Origin: Alphaproteobacteria bacterium
GTDB lineage: Bacteria; Pseudomonadota; Alphaproteobacteria; UBA828
Direction: 5' to 3'
DNA length: 64,000 nt
Assembly (NCBI GenBank): GCA_963422645.2
Contig: CAXXVO010000002.1
Location: forward strand, 160,001 to 224,000
Positions 1 to 9,697 of the stretch are shown here, in pieces; position 1 is the first letter of the stretch, and each line of letters begins with the position of its first letter. The notes beneath the pieces are model-generated. The model was not told the origin of the DNA. It did not search any database and worked only from the letters and a program-made list of their open reading frames with translations. The position numbers and the translations under genes are program-made.

Positions 1-35
1 GGGGCAACCGGGCCGCAAGGGAGGCCGGCGGCGGG

Positions 36-764
36 TCAGGAGCGGTTCTTGAAGCGCCAGCTCTCGTTGCCGGTCTCGATGATCTCGCAATGATGGGTGA
101 GGCGATCGAGCAGCGCTGTGGTCATCTTGGGGTCGCCGAAGACGGATGGCCATTCGCCGAAGGCGAGGTTTGTGGTGATGACGATCGAGGTGCGCTCGTA
201 GAGCCGGCTCATCAGATGGAAGAGCAGCTGCCCACCGGCCTGGGCGAAGGGCAGGTAGCCGAGCTCGTCGAGGATGACGAAGTCGCGGCGGACGAGCTGG
301 TCTGCAGTGCGGCCCTGGCGTCCGGCGCGAAGCTCGGCCTCGAGGAGGTTGACCAGGTCGACGACGTTGTAGCACCGGCCGCGCGCGCCCTTGCGGATGC
401 AGGACCGCGCGATGGCGACGGCGAGATGGGTCTTGCCGGTACCGGTGCCGCCGACCAGCACGATGTTGCGTTTGCCCTCGAGGAAGCCGCCGCCGGCGAG
501 CTCCTGGATCAGGGGCTCGTTGACCGGCGAGGCGGCGAAGTCGAAGTCGGCCAGCTCCTTGACCGTCGGCAGCTTGGCGGAGGCCATCTGGTACTTGATC
601 GAGCGGGCCCTCTTGTCGGCGATCTCGACCTGCAGCAGCGTACCGATGATCTGTTGCACCGGATGGCGGCGCTTGAGCCCGTCGGCAAGGATGTCGTCGT
701 AAGCGGCGCGCATACCTGCGAGCTTCAGCTGGGTCATCATCTCCAGCACATCATGACGCTCCAT
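36..764 (-). CDS. istB: IS21 helper AAA+ ATPase IstB
   Basis: Walker A GGTGTGKT, Walker [17 protein letters not shown]; overlaps istA stop. Confidence 0.95.
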   Translation of the reverse strand: MERHDVLEMMTQLKLAGMRAAYDDILADGLKRRHPVQQIIGTLLQVEIADKRARSIKYQMASAKLPTVKELADFDFAASPVNEPLIQELAGGGFLEGKRNIVLVGGTGTGKTHLAVAIARSCIRKGARGRCYNVVDLVNLLEAELRAGRQGRTADQLVRRDFVILDELGYLPFAQAGGQLLFHLMSRLYERTSIVITTNLAFGEWPSVFGDPKMTTALLDRLTHHCEIIETGNESWRFKNRS

Positions 765-2277
765 GACCGGCCTCCCTCAGGCTGTCGTAGCGCTGACAGT
801 CGGCTACCGGCTTGTGGCGAAGCTGCAGGCCCTCGGGCGTCGGGATGATTGCCGGCGGTGCCGGCTGGCGCTGCCGGGCGAGGATGTTGAGCACCACGTC
901 GGCGCTGCAGGCACCGCAGTCGAGCGTCTCGGCACAGGCCGCCTCAACCGCCTCCAGTCCGTCCTCCAGCACCGCCGCGAGCACCTTGACGAACTGCCGG
1001 TCGCCGTCGTCGTGGCCCGCGAGCCGGGTTCGCAGGCGGCCGAGCGCGTTGGGCAACTGCCAGTCCTTGAAGGGCGCGCCATTGCGTAGCGCGCCGGGCT
1101 TCCGCGTCAGGATCGGCACGTAATGCCACGGATCGTAGACGAACCGGCCGCGCCCGAAGCTGCGGGGGTGCTCGGCAACGGTCTCGCCGTCCTGGCGGAT
1201 GACGATCCGATCGGCATAGGCCCGCACGTCCACCGGCCGGCCGACGGCGCGGGCCGCGACGCTGTACTGGTTGTTGTCGAAGCGCACCAGACAGGTCTTC
1301 GAGACCGACACCTCGCTGGCATGGAAGCCGTCGAAGGGGCCGCGATACGCCATCAGGAAGGGCTGCTCCTCCTCGAACACCTGCCACACCGTCTTGCCCG
1401 GGATTGTCGGATGCGGATGCTTCTTGGCGTCCTCGATGCACCGATCCATCAGCCACTCGTTGATCTCGGCGTAGGAGCGGCCCCGCGGGATGGGCACGAA
1501 CAGGCGGCCGCGAAGGTCACCCACCTGCTTCTCGACCTGCCCCTTCTCCCAGCCAGCCCCTGGCGTGCACGCCACAGGCTCCACCAGATGGTGCGAGCAC
1601 AGCTCCTGGAAGCGGCGGTTGTAGTCCCGCTTCTTGCCCACGAAGATCGTGCTCACCGCCGTCTTCATGTTGTCGTAGATGCCCCGCCGGCAGACCCCGC
1701 CGAAGAAGCGGAAGGCACGCTCGTGCGCCTCGAAGACCATCTCCTGGCTCTCGCGGGGAAAGATCTGGACCAGATACATCCGGCTGTGGCACAGCCGCAT
1801 GTGCGCCGCCTTCACCCTGGTCGTCGCGCCCGACAGACGCGCGTACTCGTGGCTCCAGTCGAACTGGTAGGCCTCGCCGGGATCGAAGATCAGCGGCACA
1901 TAGGCCTGCGCCGGCGACAACAGCCGCCACCGGCGCCGCCAGGCCCTGGCATAGCGGCGAACCGCGTCATAGCCGCCCTTGTAGCCCAGCGACACAAGGT
2001 CTTCATGAATCCGCAGAAGAGACAGCCGATCCTTGCGTGCCTTCTTCTCGTTGGCCTTCAGCTGGCGCTCAAGCTCCTCCACCCACAGCCCAAGCTTCGG
2101 CATCGGCTGGATCTTGCGCTCGTAGCTGTGCGAGGTCGCATCGCCCCGCACCACCTTGCGTATCGTGTTCTTGGAAACCCTCAAATCCCGGGCGAGCTTC
2201 TTGATCGGAACGCCCTTCACCAGATGATCCCGACGGATCTTCGCGATCGTTTCCACAACCAGCATCTCCCCCACCAC
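751..2277 (-). CDS. istA: IS21 DDE transposase IstA
   Basis: N-terminal [22 protein letters not shown] motifs. Confidence 0.95.
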   Translation of the reverse strand: MVGEMLVVETIAKIRRDHLVKGVPIKKLARDLRVSKNTIRKVVRGDATSHSYERKIQPMPKLGLWVEELERQLKANEKKARKDRLSLLRIHEDLVSLGYKGGYDAVRRYARAWRRRWRLLSPAQAYVPLIFDPGEAYQFDWSHEYARLSGATTRVKAAHMRLCHSRMYLVQIFPRESQEMVFEAHERAFRFFGGVCRRGIYDNMKTAVSTIFVGKKRDYNRRFQELCSHHLVEPVACTPGAGWEKGQVEKQVGDLRGRLFVPIPRGRSYAEINEWLMDRCIEDAKKHPHPTIPGKTVWQVFEEEQPFLMAYRGPFDGFHASEVSVSKTCLVRFDNNQYSVAARAVGRPVDVRAYADRIVIRQDGETVAEHPRSFGRGRFVYDPWHYVPILTRKPGALRNGAPFKDWQLPNALGRLRTRLAGHDDGDRQFVKVLAAVLEDGLEAVEAACAETLDCGACSADVVLNILARQRQPAPPAIIPTPEGLQLRHKPVADCQRYDSLREAGHGAS

Positions 2278-2381
2278 CCCGTCCGTCCAAACGACGAGGT
2301 GTGTTCATGGACACAAATCCAAGGGGGTCAATTTTGGACGCCGATCACCCCCAATAGGGGGTCACTTTTCCACGCTTAACA

Positions 2382-3278
2382 ACAGGCGGCGAGCCCAAGT
2401 GCGGCAAATCCCTGCTCGCGCTCGATCTCGCCGTCGCCGTGGCCACCGGCGTCCCATGCCTGCGCCACTACCGCCCCAGCGCAAGCGGCACCGTGCTGCT
2501 CTTCGCCGCCGAGGACGCCGGCCACAGGGTGCGCAAGCGTCTGCAGGGGATCGCCCGCGCCGCCGCCACCCCCTTCGACGAACTCGACATCGCCGTCATC
2601 GACGTGCCCACCCTGCGTCTCGACCGGCCCGGCGACCGTCAACGCCTGCAGCAGACCGTGGAGCGCATCGAACCGCGCCTCCTGATCCTCGATCCCCTGG
2701 TCCGCCTGCACAGCGTCGACGAGAACGCCGTCGCAGAGATCGCCCCCATCCTCGGCTTCCTGCGCGAACTGCAGCGCCGCTTCGAAACCGCCGTCCTCCT
2801 CGTCCACCACGCCCGCAAGAGCGGCGGCACCCGGCCGGGGCAGGCCCTGCGCGGGAGCAGCGAGCTGCACGCTTGGGGTGACTCAAATCTGTACCTGCGC
2901 CGGCGCGACAAGAAGATCGTCATGACGGTCGAGCAGCGCGACGCCCGGGGCCTCAACGACATCGAGCTGGAACTCGTCGACGGCGGACATGGGCCGGCCT
3001 TCCGTCTGCACCAGGACGCGGCAGATGAAGACAGGCACGAGCCCGCCACCGTCGAGCAGCGCGTCTTCAAGGCGATCGAGCAGGCCGAAAAGCCGCTCTC
3101 GAAAGCCCAGATCCGCTCACGCGCCGCTGCCCGCAACGCCACCGTCGTTGCCGCCATCGAGAGCCTCACCAGGGAGGGGCGCATCGAACGGGCGCCCAGG
3201 GGTGGCTATCGCCTCGCAGCCGCCGAGGCGCACCGGGAGCCGCAATCCCCTGCCGCCATCAACGGAAGTGCGGGATGA
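2382..3278 (+). pseudogene. RepA/AAA_25-like (RecA-fold) helicase, 5' end cut off by IS21
   Basis: Walker A GGEPKCGKS reads directly after the IS21 end; Walker B LLILDP; VLLVHHARK and LRGSS motifs; C-terminal wHTH-like segment. Confidence 0.8.
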
Positions 3279-3339
3279 GGCGTTCCCGTTCCCGTTCCCG
3301 GAACTCTTAAGCGTTGAAGGGTACAGGAACGGGAACGCC
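3279..3339. promoter_or_regulatory. Putative replication origin: inverted GTTCCC repeats around an AT-richer spacer (second copy 5111-5171)
   Basis: GGCGTTCCCGTTCCCGTTCCCG...GGAACGGGAACGCC, between helicase and primase genes. Confidence 0.5.
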
Positions 3340-3380
3340 GTCAGCCTCCCTTCCAAGCAGACCTTCGCCGGGACCCGGCA

Positions 3381-4250
3381 ATGAGCGGCGGCGATCCCCT
3401 GGCCACCTGCCGCAACATCCCCCTCGACCGGGTCGCCGCCGCCCTCGGCTACCGCAGAGACCCGACCGACCGGGCGCGCTTCAAGCGCGGGGGCTCGGTC
3501 ATCAGCATCAACGGCGAGAAGTTCTTCGATCACCTGCGCGGCACGGGAGGGGGTGGCGCCATCGACCTCGTCATCCATGCGACGGGATGCCGCTTCCCGG
3601 AAGCCCTCCGCTTCCTCGGAAGCCATGAGGGGCGGAGGGAGATCACCACCATCCCAGCCGCCCCGCGACGCCTGCGGCTGCCAAGGCCCAGTCCCCGCGC
3701 CTGGCCCAGGGTCCGGGACGCCCTCATCCGCCAACGCGCTATCGGCACCGACGTGCTCGAAGCCTGCCACGGCCGAGGCCTCCTCTACGCCGATGACAGG
3801 ATCAACGCCGTCTTCATCTGCCGAAACGCCAGCGGGCACACGACCGGCGCCGAGATCCTCGGCACCGCGCCGCAGCCCGGAACAAAACGCTTCAGGGGCA
3901 TGGCCCCGGGATCGCGCAAGGCGCGTGGCGGCTTCTGGCTCCACTGCGACCGAAACCAGCCCGCCCTCGTCATCCTCACCGAGAGCGCCGTCGACGCCAT
4001 CTCTGCACGAAGCCTGCGCGTCGAGGGGACGCGCGAGAACGGCGCCGTCGTCGCCTCAACCGCCGGCATCGCCAGCTCGGTCCCGCCCTGGATCAAGGAG
4101 TGGAAGCCACGTCGCATCGTCTGTGCCTACGACGCAGACAGCGCCGGCGACACTGCCGCCGAGCATCTCGTGCTCAACGATCCAAGGGTGAAAAGGTTGC
4201 GCCCACGACACGCCAAGGACTGGAACGAGATGCTCCTGCGGTCTCGATGA
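3381..4250 (+). CDS. TOPRIM primase-like protein (DUF3991/Toprim type), copy 1
   Basis: GGGAIDLV N-terminal motif; ILTESAVDAIS and CAYDADSAG TOPRIM motifs; KDWNE end. Confidence 0.8.
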   Translation: MSGGDPLATCRNIPLDRVAAALGYRRDPTDRARFKRGGSVISINGEKFFDHLRGTGGGGAIDLVIHATGCRFPEALRFLGSHEGRREITTIPAAPRRLRLPRPSPRAWPRVRDALIRQRAIGTDVLEACHGRGLLYADDRINAVFICRNASGHTTGAEILGTAPQPGTKRFRGMAPGSRKARGGFWLHCDRNQPALVILTESAVDAISARSLRVEGTRENGAVVASTAGIASSVPPWIKEWKPRRIVCAYDADSAGDTAAEHLVLNDPRVKRLRPRHAKDWNEMLLRSR

Positions 4251-4350
4251 AAGCCAGGCCACTCACCGCTCTCGCAGATCAACCAAGCGCCGCATCACGA
4301 ACATCAAATAATCCGAAAACCGCACCATCAAATGCTGGGCGCACGCTCAC

Positions 4351-5110
4351 CGGCCACAGGGTGCGCAAGCGTCTGCAGGGGATCGCCCGCGCCGCCGCCA
4401 CCCCCTTCGACGAACTCGACATCGCCGTCATCGACGTGCCCACCCTGCGTCTCGACCAGCGCATCGACCGTCAGCGCCTGCAGGAGACAGTGGAGCGCAT
4501 CGCACCGCGCCTCCTGATCCTCGATCCCCTGGTCCGCCTGCACAGCGTCGACGAGAACGCCGTCGCAGAGATCGCCCCCATCCTCGGCTTCCTGCGCGAA
4601 CTGCAGCGCCGCTTCGAAACCGCCGTCCTCCTCGTCCACCACGCCCGCAAGAGCGGCGGCACCCGGCCGGGGCAGGCCCTGCGCGGGAGCAGCGAGCTGC
4701 ACGCTTGGGGTGACTCAAATCTGTACCTGCGCCGGCGCGACAAGAAGATCGTCATGACGGTCGAGCAGCGCGACGCCCGGGGCCTCAACGACATCGAGCT
4801 GGAACTCGTCGACGGCGGACATGGGCCGGCCTTCCGTCTGCACCAGGACGCGGCAGATGAAGACAGGCACGAGCCCGCCACCGTCGAGCAGCGCGTCTTC
4901 AAGGCGATCGAGCAGGCCGAAAAGCCGCTCTCGAAAGCCCAGATCCGCTCACGCGCCGCTGCCCGCAACGCCACCGTCGTTGCCGCCATCGAGAGCCTCA
5001 CCAGGGAGGGGCGCATCGAACGGGCGCCCAGGGGTGGCTATCGCCTCGCAGCCGCCGAGGCGCACCGGGAGCCGCAATCCCCTGCCGCCATCAACGGAAG
5101 TGCGGGATGA
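4351..5110 (+). pseudogene. Duplicated 3' part of the AAA helicase (no Walker A)
   Basis: Begins mid-gene at the duplication junction. Confidence 0.8.
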
Positions 5111-5212
5111 GGCGTTCCCGTTCCCGTTCCCGGAACTCTTAAGCGTTGAAGGGTACAGGAACGGGAACGCCGTCAGCCTCCCTTCCAAGCAGACCTTCGC
5201 CGGGACCCGGCA

Positions 5213-6082
5213 ATGAGCGGCGGCGATCCCCTGGCCACCTGCCGCAACATCCCCCTCGACCGGGTCGCCGCCGCCCTCGGCTACCGCAGAGACCCGACCG
5301 ACCGGGCGCGCTTCAAGCGCGGGGGCTCGGTCATCAGCATCAACGGCGAGAAGTTCTTCGATCACCTGCGCGGCACGGGAGGGGGTGGCGCCATCGACCT
5401 CGTCATCCATGCGACGGGATGCCGCTTCCCGGAAGCCCTCCGCTTCCTCGGAAGCCATGAGGGGCGGAGGGAGATCACCACCATCCCAGCCGCCCCGCGA
5501 CGCCTGCGGCTGCCAAGGCCCAGTCCCCGCGCCTGGCCCAGGGTCCGGGACGCCCTCATCCGCCAACGCGCTATCGGCACCGACGTGCTCGAAGCCTGCC
5601 ACGGCCGAGGCCTCCTCTACGCCGATGACAGGATCAACGCCGTCTTCATCTGCCGAAACGCCAGCGGGCACACGACCGGCGCCGAGATCCTCGGCACCGC
5701 GCCGCAGCCCGGAACAAAACGCTTCAGGGGCATGGCCCCGGGATCGCGCAAGGCGCGTGGCGGCTTCTGGCTCCACTGCGACCGAAACCAGCCCGCCCTC
5801 GTCATCCTCACCGAGAGCGCCGTCGACGCCATCTCTGCACGAAGCCTGCGCGTCGAGGGGACGCGCGAGAACGGCGCCGTCGTCGCCTCAACCGCCGGCA
5901 TCGCCAGCTCGGTCCCGCCCTGGATCAAGGAGTGGAAGCCACGTCGCATCGTCTGTGCCTACGACGCAGACAGCGCCGGCGACACTGCCGCCGAGCATCT
6001 CGTGCTCAACGATCCAAGGGTGAAAAGGTTGCGCCCACGACACGCCAAGGACTGGAACGAGATGCTCCTGCGGTCTCGATGA
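5213..6082 (+). CDS. TOPRIM primase-like protein, copy 2
   Basis: Protein identical to 3381-4250. Confidence 0.8.
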   Translation: MSGGDPLATCRNIPLDRVAAALGYRRDPTDRARFKRGGSVISINGEKFFDHLRGTGGGGAIDLVIHATGCRFPEALRFLGSHEGRREITTIPAAPRRLRLPRPSPRAWPRVRDALIRQRAIGTDVLEACHGRGLLYADDRINAVFICRNASGHTTGAEILGTAPQPGTKRFRGMAPGSRKARGGFWLHCDRNQPALVILTESAVDAISARSLRVEGTRENGAVVASTAGIASSVPPWIKEWKPRRIVCAYDADSAGDTAAEHLVLNDPRVKRLRPRHAKDWNEMLLRSR

Positions 6083-6263
6083 AAGCCAGGCCACTCACCG
6101 CTCTCGCAGATCAACCAAGCGCCGCATCACGAACATCAAATAATCCGAAAACCGCACCATCAAATGCTGGGCGCACGCTCACGATTGAGCATCGAGATAG
6201 ACCGGTGCCAAGCCCGAAACCCGGCGGCCTGGACGTCGAGCCCCTGGCCCGTGCGGCGTGCCT

Positions 6264-7436
6264 TCAGGACGACGCTGCTGCTGGCGACTCGCCGGTCTCC
6301 ATCGCGGCCTCGATGGCCTTTCCGATGCGCTCGGCGGCGGCCTGCAGGTCGCGGTCGCCGACATGGGCGTATCGCAGGGTCATCACGGGGTCGGCGTGCC
6401 CGAGCATGCGCGCGACGGTGGACAGGGGAACGCCCCGGGCGACGGCCTGGCTGGCGACGGTATGCCTGAGATCGTGCAGGCGGACGTCGTCGAGACCGGC
6501 TTCCTTCCGCGCCCGCTGCCAAAGGTGCAGTATGTGCGAAAGCGGTTTGTCAGGTCGCCTCGGGGACGGGAACACGTAAGGGCTTGCGGCACGCGGCTGG
6601 CGGGCGAGGATGGTCTGCGCGGCCTGACTCAACCAGACCCTTCGCGGCCCGGTCTTGGTGTGCGTGAGGTTGAGACGGTCGCCGTCGACCTCCGACCATT
6701 GGAGCTTCAGGATCTCGCCCTTCCGGCAGCCGGTGAGCAGGAGCAGCCGGACGACGTCGGCCTGTGGCCGGCGGGAAGGCCGCTCCGCGACCAGCCGATC
6801 GAGGACGCGGTGAAGCCTTTCGATCTCTTCGGCGGATAGGAAGCGGGTGAGCTTCGAGCGCGGGTTCTTCGCGATCCCCTTGACGGGAGCGGTTCCGGTA
6901 TGGCCGGCGGCGAGGGCGGCGTTCATGATCTGGCCGAGGATCTCGAGCGCCTTGTTGGCTCCGCCCGGCGCGGTGCGGCTGTAGGCGTCGAACCAGCGTT
7001 CAACGTCGATCCGCCGGATGGCGTCCAGCGGGAGGCGGCCGAAGGCGGGGATCAGCTGCCGTTTGAGCACACGATTGGCGAATTGGCAGGACGATGGGGC
7101 GCAGCGGCGGCGGTACGCCGGCAACCACTCGTCGAGGACGAAGTCGCGGAAGAGGGGAGCGCCGGAGCGTCCTTCCGCCGTGCGCGGTGCGGTTCCCAGG
7201 CGGAGCGCCAGGGCTTCCTTCCGGGCGTCCTCGACGGTCATGAGCGCGGCCGGGCCGACGGTCGCCCTGACCGGCTCTCCCTGGACGCGCCCGTGCCAGA
7301 CGAAGCTGCGATGCCCGGACGGGCGTACCCGCACGCCGAGGCCGGATACCTCGCTGTCCCAGACCGCGTATTCCGTCGTGTGTGGCTTCAACTTGCCGAT
7401 GCCCGCGTCGGTGAGCCGGAGCCTCCGACCCTTCAT
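6264..7436 (-). CDS. Tyrosine recombinase/integrase with arm-binding N-terminus (integrase 2)
   Basis: Starts MKGRRLRLTD; TGCRKGE, TKTG, HDLRH, LGH, RYAH catalytic motifs; ATGA overlap with upstream integrase. Confidence 0.9.
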   Translation of the reverse strand: MKGRRLRLTDAGIGKLKPHTTEYAVWDSEVSGLGVRVRPSGHRSFVWHGRVQGEPVRATVGPAALMTVEDARKEALALRLGTAPRTAEGRSGAPLFRDFVLDEWLPAYRRRCAPSSCQFANRVLKRQLIPAFGRLPLDAIRRIDVERWFDAYSRTAPGGANKALEILGQIMNAALAAGHTGTAPVKGIAKNPRSKLTRFLSAEEIERLHRVLDRLVAERPSRRPQADVVRLLLLTGCRKGEILKLQWSEVDGDRLNLTHTKTGPRRVWLSQAAQTILARQPRAASPYVFPSPRRPDKPLSHILHLWQRARKEAGLDDVRLHDLRHTVASQAVARGVPLSTVARMLGHADPVMTLRYAHVGDRDLQAAAERIGKAIEAAMETGESPAAASS

Positions 7437-8560
7437 GCGCGTCTCCCTGACAGGACGGGAGACAGGGTCTCGAACGCTTCGCGCACCGTGGCGTCGGACA
7501 GATGGGCGTACTTCAGGGTGGTCGCCGCCTTCTCGTGACCGAGCAGGCGGCCGACGGCGCGCACGCTCTCCCCGCCGAGCAGCGCTATGCTGGCGTACGA
7601 ATGCCTGATGTCGTGCAGGCGGACATCCCGCAACCCGGCCTCCTCCCGCACGCAGCGCCAGAAGTAATCCAGCCACAGCCACGGGGTACGCCGTCCGCCG
7701 ACCGGGAAGACAAATCCGGACGACCGGGGCAGACGGTCGAGGACATCGCGCGCCGCTTCGCACAGCCAGACCGTGCGCGGCCCGGTCTTGCTGTCCTGCA
7801 GATAGAGCCGCCCCTCCCGGTAGGAGCGCCATTGGAGGGTGAGGATCTCCGACTTGCGGCACCCGGTGAACAGCAGCAGGCGCACAGCGGCCACGTGCAG
7901 GGGGCGGGCGGCCTCGTGCCGGCCCAGCACCCCGGCGAGGCGGCGATACTCCTCGGGGGTCAGGAAGCGCTCGGACCGCCCCTGCCGGTAGCGGCGGATG
8001 CCGGCGCAGGGGTTGCTGTCCTCCGGGCGCTATCCCCAGGCCTCGGCCTGCTGCATGATGACCGAGAGGATCGGCGCCGAGCGGTTCGCGGCGGCGGGCG
8101 TCGCGTGGAGTGCGCGGAACCAGGTCCGCACGTCCTCCCGGGTGATCTCTCCGATGGGCCTGCCCGCGAAGAAGGGCAGGATTTGCCGGCGGAGGTAGTT
8201 CCGGTTCACGTCCATGGTGCGCGGCTTCCAGCGGCGGCCGTAGCGGTCGAAGACCTCCCTGGCAACCGTCTCGAAGAGAGTGCCTCCGGGGTCCGCCACA
8301 GCGGGCTCCCGGCCGTCGCGCAGCGCGGCGAGCATCGCCCTGGCCCTGGCCCGCGCCTCGGGCTCGGCGATCGCCGCCGCGTCGCCTATGATCTTCCAGA
8401 CCCCTTTGCCCCTGTGCTGGCTGTGGATGAAGTAGCGCTTGGCGCCGGAGGGCATGACCCGGACGCCGTACCCCTTGAGCTCGGCGTCCCGGATGTCGCG
8501 CACCTTGCGGCGGGGCCGAAGGGCGTCGACCCGGCGCTGGGTGAGGCGGATGGATGGCAT
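7433..8560 (-). pseudogene. Tyrosine recombinase/integrase 1 with an in-frame TAG at 8030-8032
   Basis: ORFs 8030-8626 and 7433-7930 share a frame; TGCRKSE, SKTG, HDIRH, KYAH motifs. Confidence 0.85.
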
Positions 8561-8673
8561 GACCGCGCGTCCCCGATCTGTTGCAGCGGGGTGCGGAATC
8601 GGCTTGAATTCCGCGCCCGGTGGCAATAGAAACGGATGACCATCGCAATCGAATCAGCCACTTAGAACCGAAG

Positions 8674-8706
8674 GTGCGTGTTTCCGTGTGAAACGGATAC
8701 GCTCTA
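8674..8706. repeat. Degenerate copy of a REP-like palindromic repeat family
   Basis: TTTCCGTGTGAAACGGATACGCTCTAG resembles the reverse complement of 26580-26613 and 52944-52978. Confidence 0.55.
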
Positions 8707-8766
8707 GGGACGGCGCCACTGAGAGGAGCATCCCCGCTTCCCTAAGCGATCAGGTGAATATCACCT

Positions 8767-9693
8767 TCAGAGCTCATGCCGCCATGGCGGGTTTGCGCCG
8801 GCCCGGGAGACGGTAATCGCAGCGACCCGGTTGCCGAAGCGAATCGCCTCGCGCATCCGATCCGAATCGACGGCGGCCAGGGAGTCCTTGGTGAGCAGTC
8901 CGAGCTCCGCGAGCTTGGCCAGCACGCCCGCGTTGAAGGTATCGCCCGCGCCGATGGTGTCGACGACATCGACGCGATCGGCCGGAACCGAGACCTCGGT
9001 GCCATCTTTCAGAAAGGCGCTGGCGCCGCTCTCGCTGCGCGTCAGGATCACGACGGACGGTCCGGCCTGGCGCACGAAATCCAGCTTCTCGACCAGCGAC
9101 TCCGGACCGGGGTAAAGCCAGTTCAGGTCCTCGTCCGAGACCTTCACGATGTCCGACAACGCGATCATCCGATCCAGACGGTCGCGATGGCGCCTGATGT
9201 CCCGGATGAAGCTCGGGCGGACGTTCGGATCGAGCATGATCACGCGGGCCGCGGCCTCGCGCTTCAGAAGGGCAGCATAGGCCTCGGCACCCGGCTCGAA
9301 GACCAGACTGATACCGCCGAAGTAGAGCGTGCCGACCTCGTCGGGCAGCGGGGGCATGTCGGCCTGATCGAGCATCCGGCCGGCCGAGTTCTCGTCGTAG
9401 AAGGTGTAGGTGGCCTGGCCCTCCGTGAGTTGCACGAACGCGAGCGTGGAGAGACGGTCGGAGGTGACGACCAGCGACGTGTCGACATGGTTCGCGTGAA
9501 GCGACGCGGTCAACTGCCGGCCGAACAGATCGGTGGAGAGCCCGGTCAGCATTCCCGTCTGCACGCCGAGCCGCCCGAGCGCGATCGCGGTGTTGAACAC
9601 CGCACCGCCAACGTGCGGCACGTAGCCATCCTGCCCCGACTCGGTCGGCATCGGGATCATGTCGATCAGAGCTTCGCCGCAGCAAAGGAGCAT
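8767..9693 (-). CDS. PfkB-family carbohydrate kinase (fructokinase-like)
   Basis: CGEALID, GGAVFNTA, DTIGAGDTFNAG. Confidence 0.9.
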   Translation of the reverse strand: MLLCCGEALIDMIPMPTESGQDGYVPHVGGAVFNTAIALGRLGVQTGMLTGLSTDLFGRQLTASLHANHVDTSLVVTSDRLSTLAFVQLTEGQATYTFYDENSAGRMLDQADMPPLPDEVGTLYFGGISLVFEPGAEAYAALLKREAAARVIMLDPNVRPSFIRDIRRHRDRLDRMIALSDIVKVSDEDLNWLYPGPESLVEKLDFVRQAGPSVVILTRSESGASAFLKDGTEVSVPADRVDVVDTIGAGDTFNAGVLAKLAELGLLTKDSLAAVDSDRMREAIRFGNRVAAITVSRAGANPPWRHEL

Positions 9694-9697
9694 CGAA

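Larger units (their letters stand above)
1..2381 (-). mobile_element. IS21-family element, copy 1 (right end lies outside the window)
   Basis: istA+istB; terminus reads TGTTAAGCGTGGAAAAGTGACCCC on the minus strand from 2381, with repeated TGACCCC boxes; near-identical to the copy at 30169-36868. Confidence 0.95.
2519..6182 (+). repeat. Direct tandem duplication of a 1832-bp unit (2519-4350 and 4351-6182)
   Basis: Copies appear identical except for a short mismatch patch near the start; junction GCTCAC|CGGCCAC at 4350/4351. Confidence 0.95.

Noticed and set aside
2382-8560. Intact prophage
   Set aside because: No terminase, capsid, tail or lysis genes
6264-8648. Single 794-aa integrase from the ORF track
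   Set aside because: The upstream part is an off-frame read of integrase 1; integrase 2 starts at 7436
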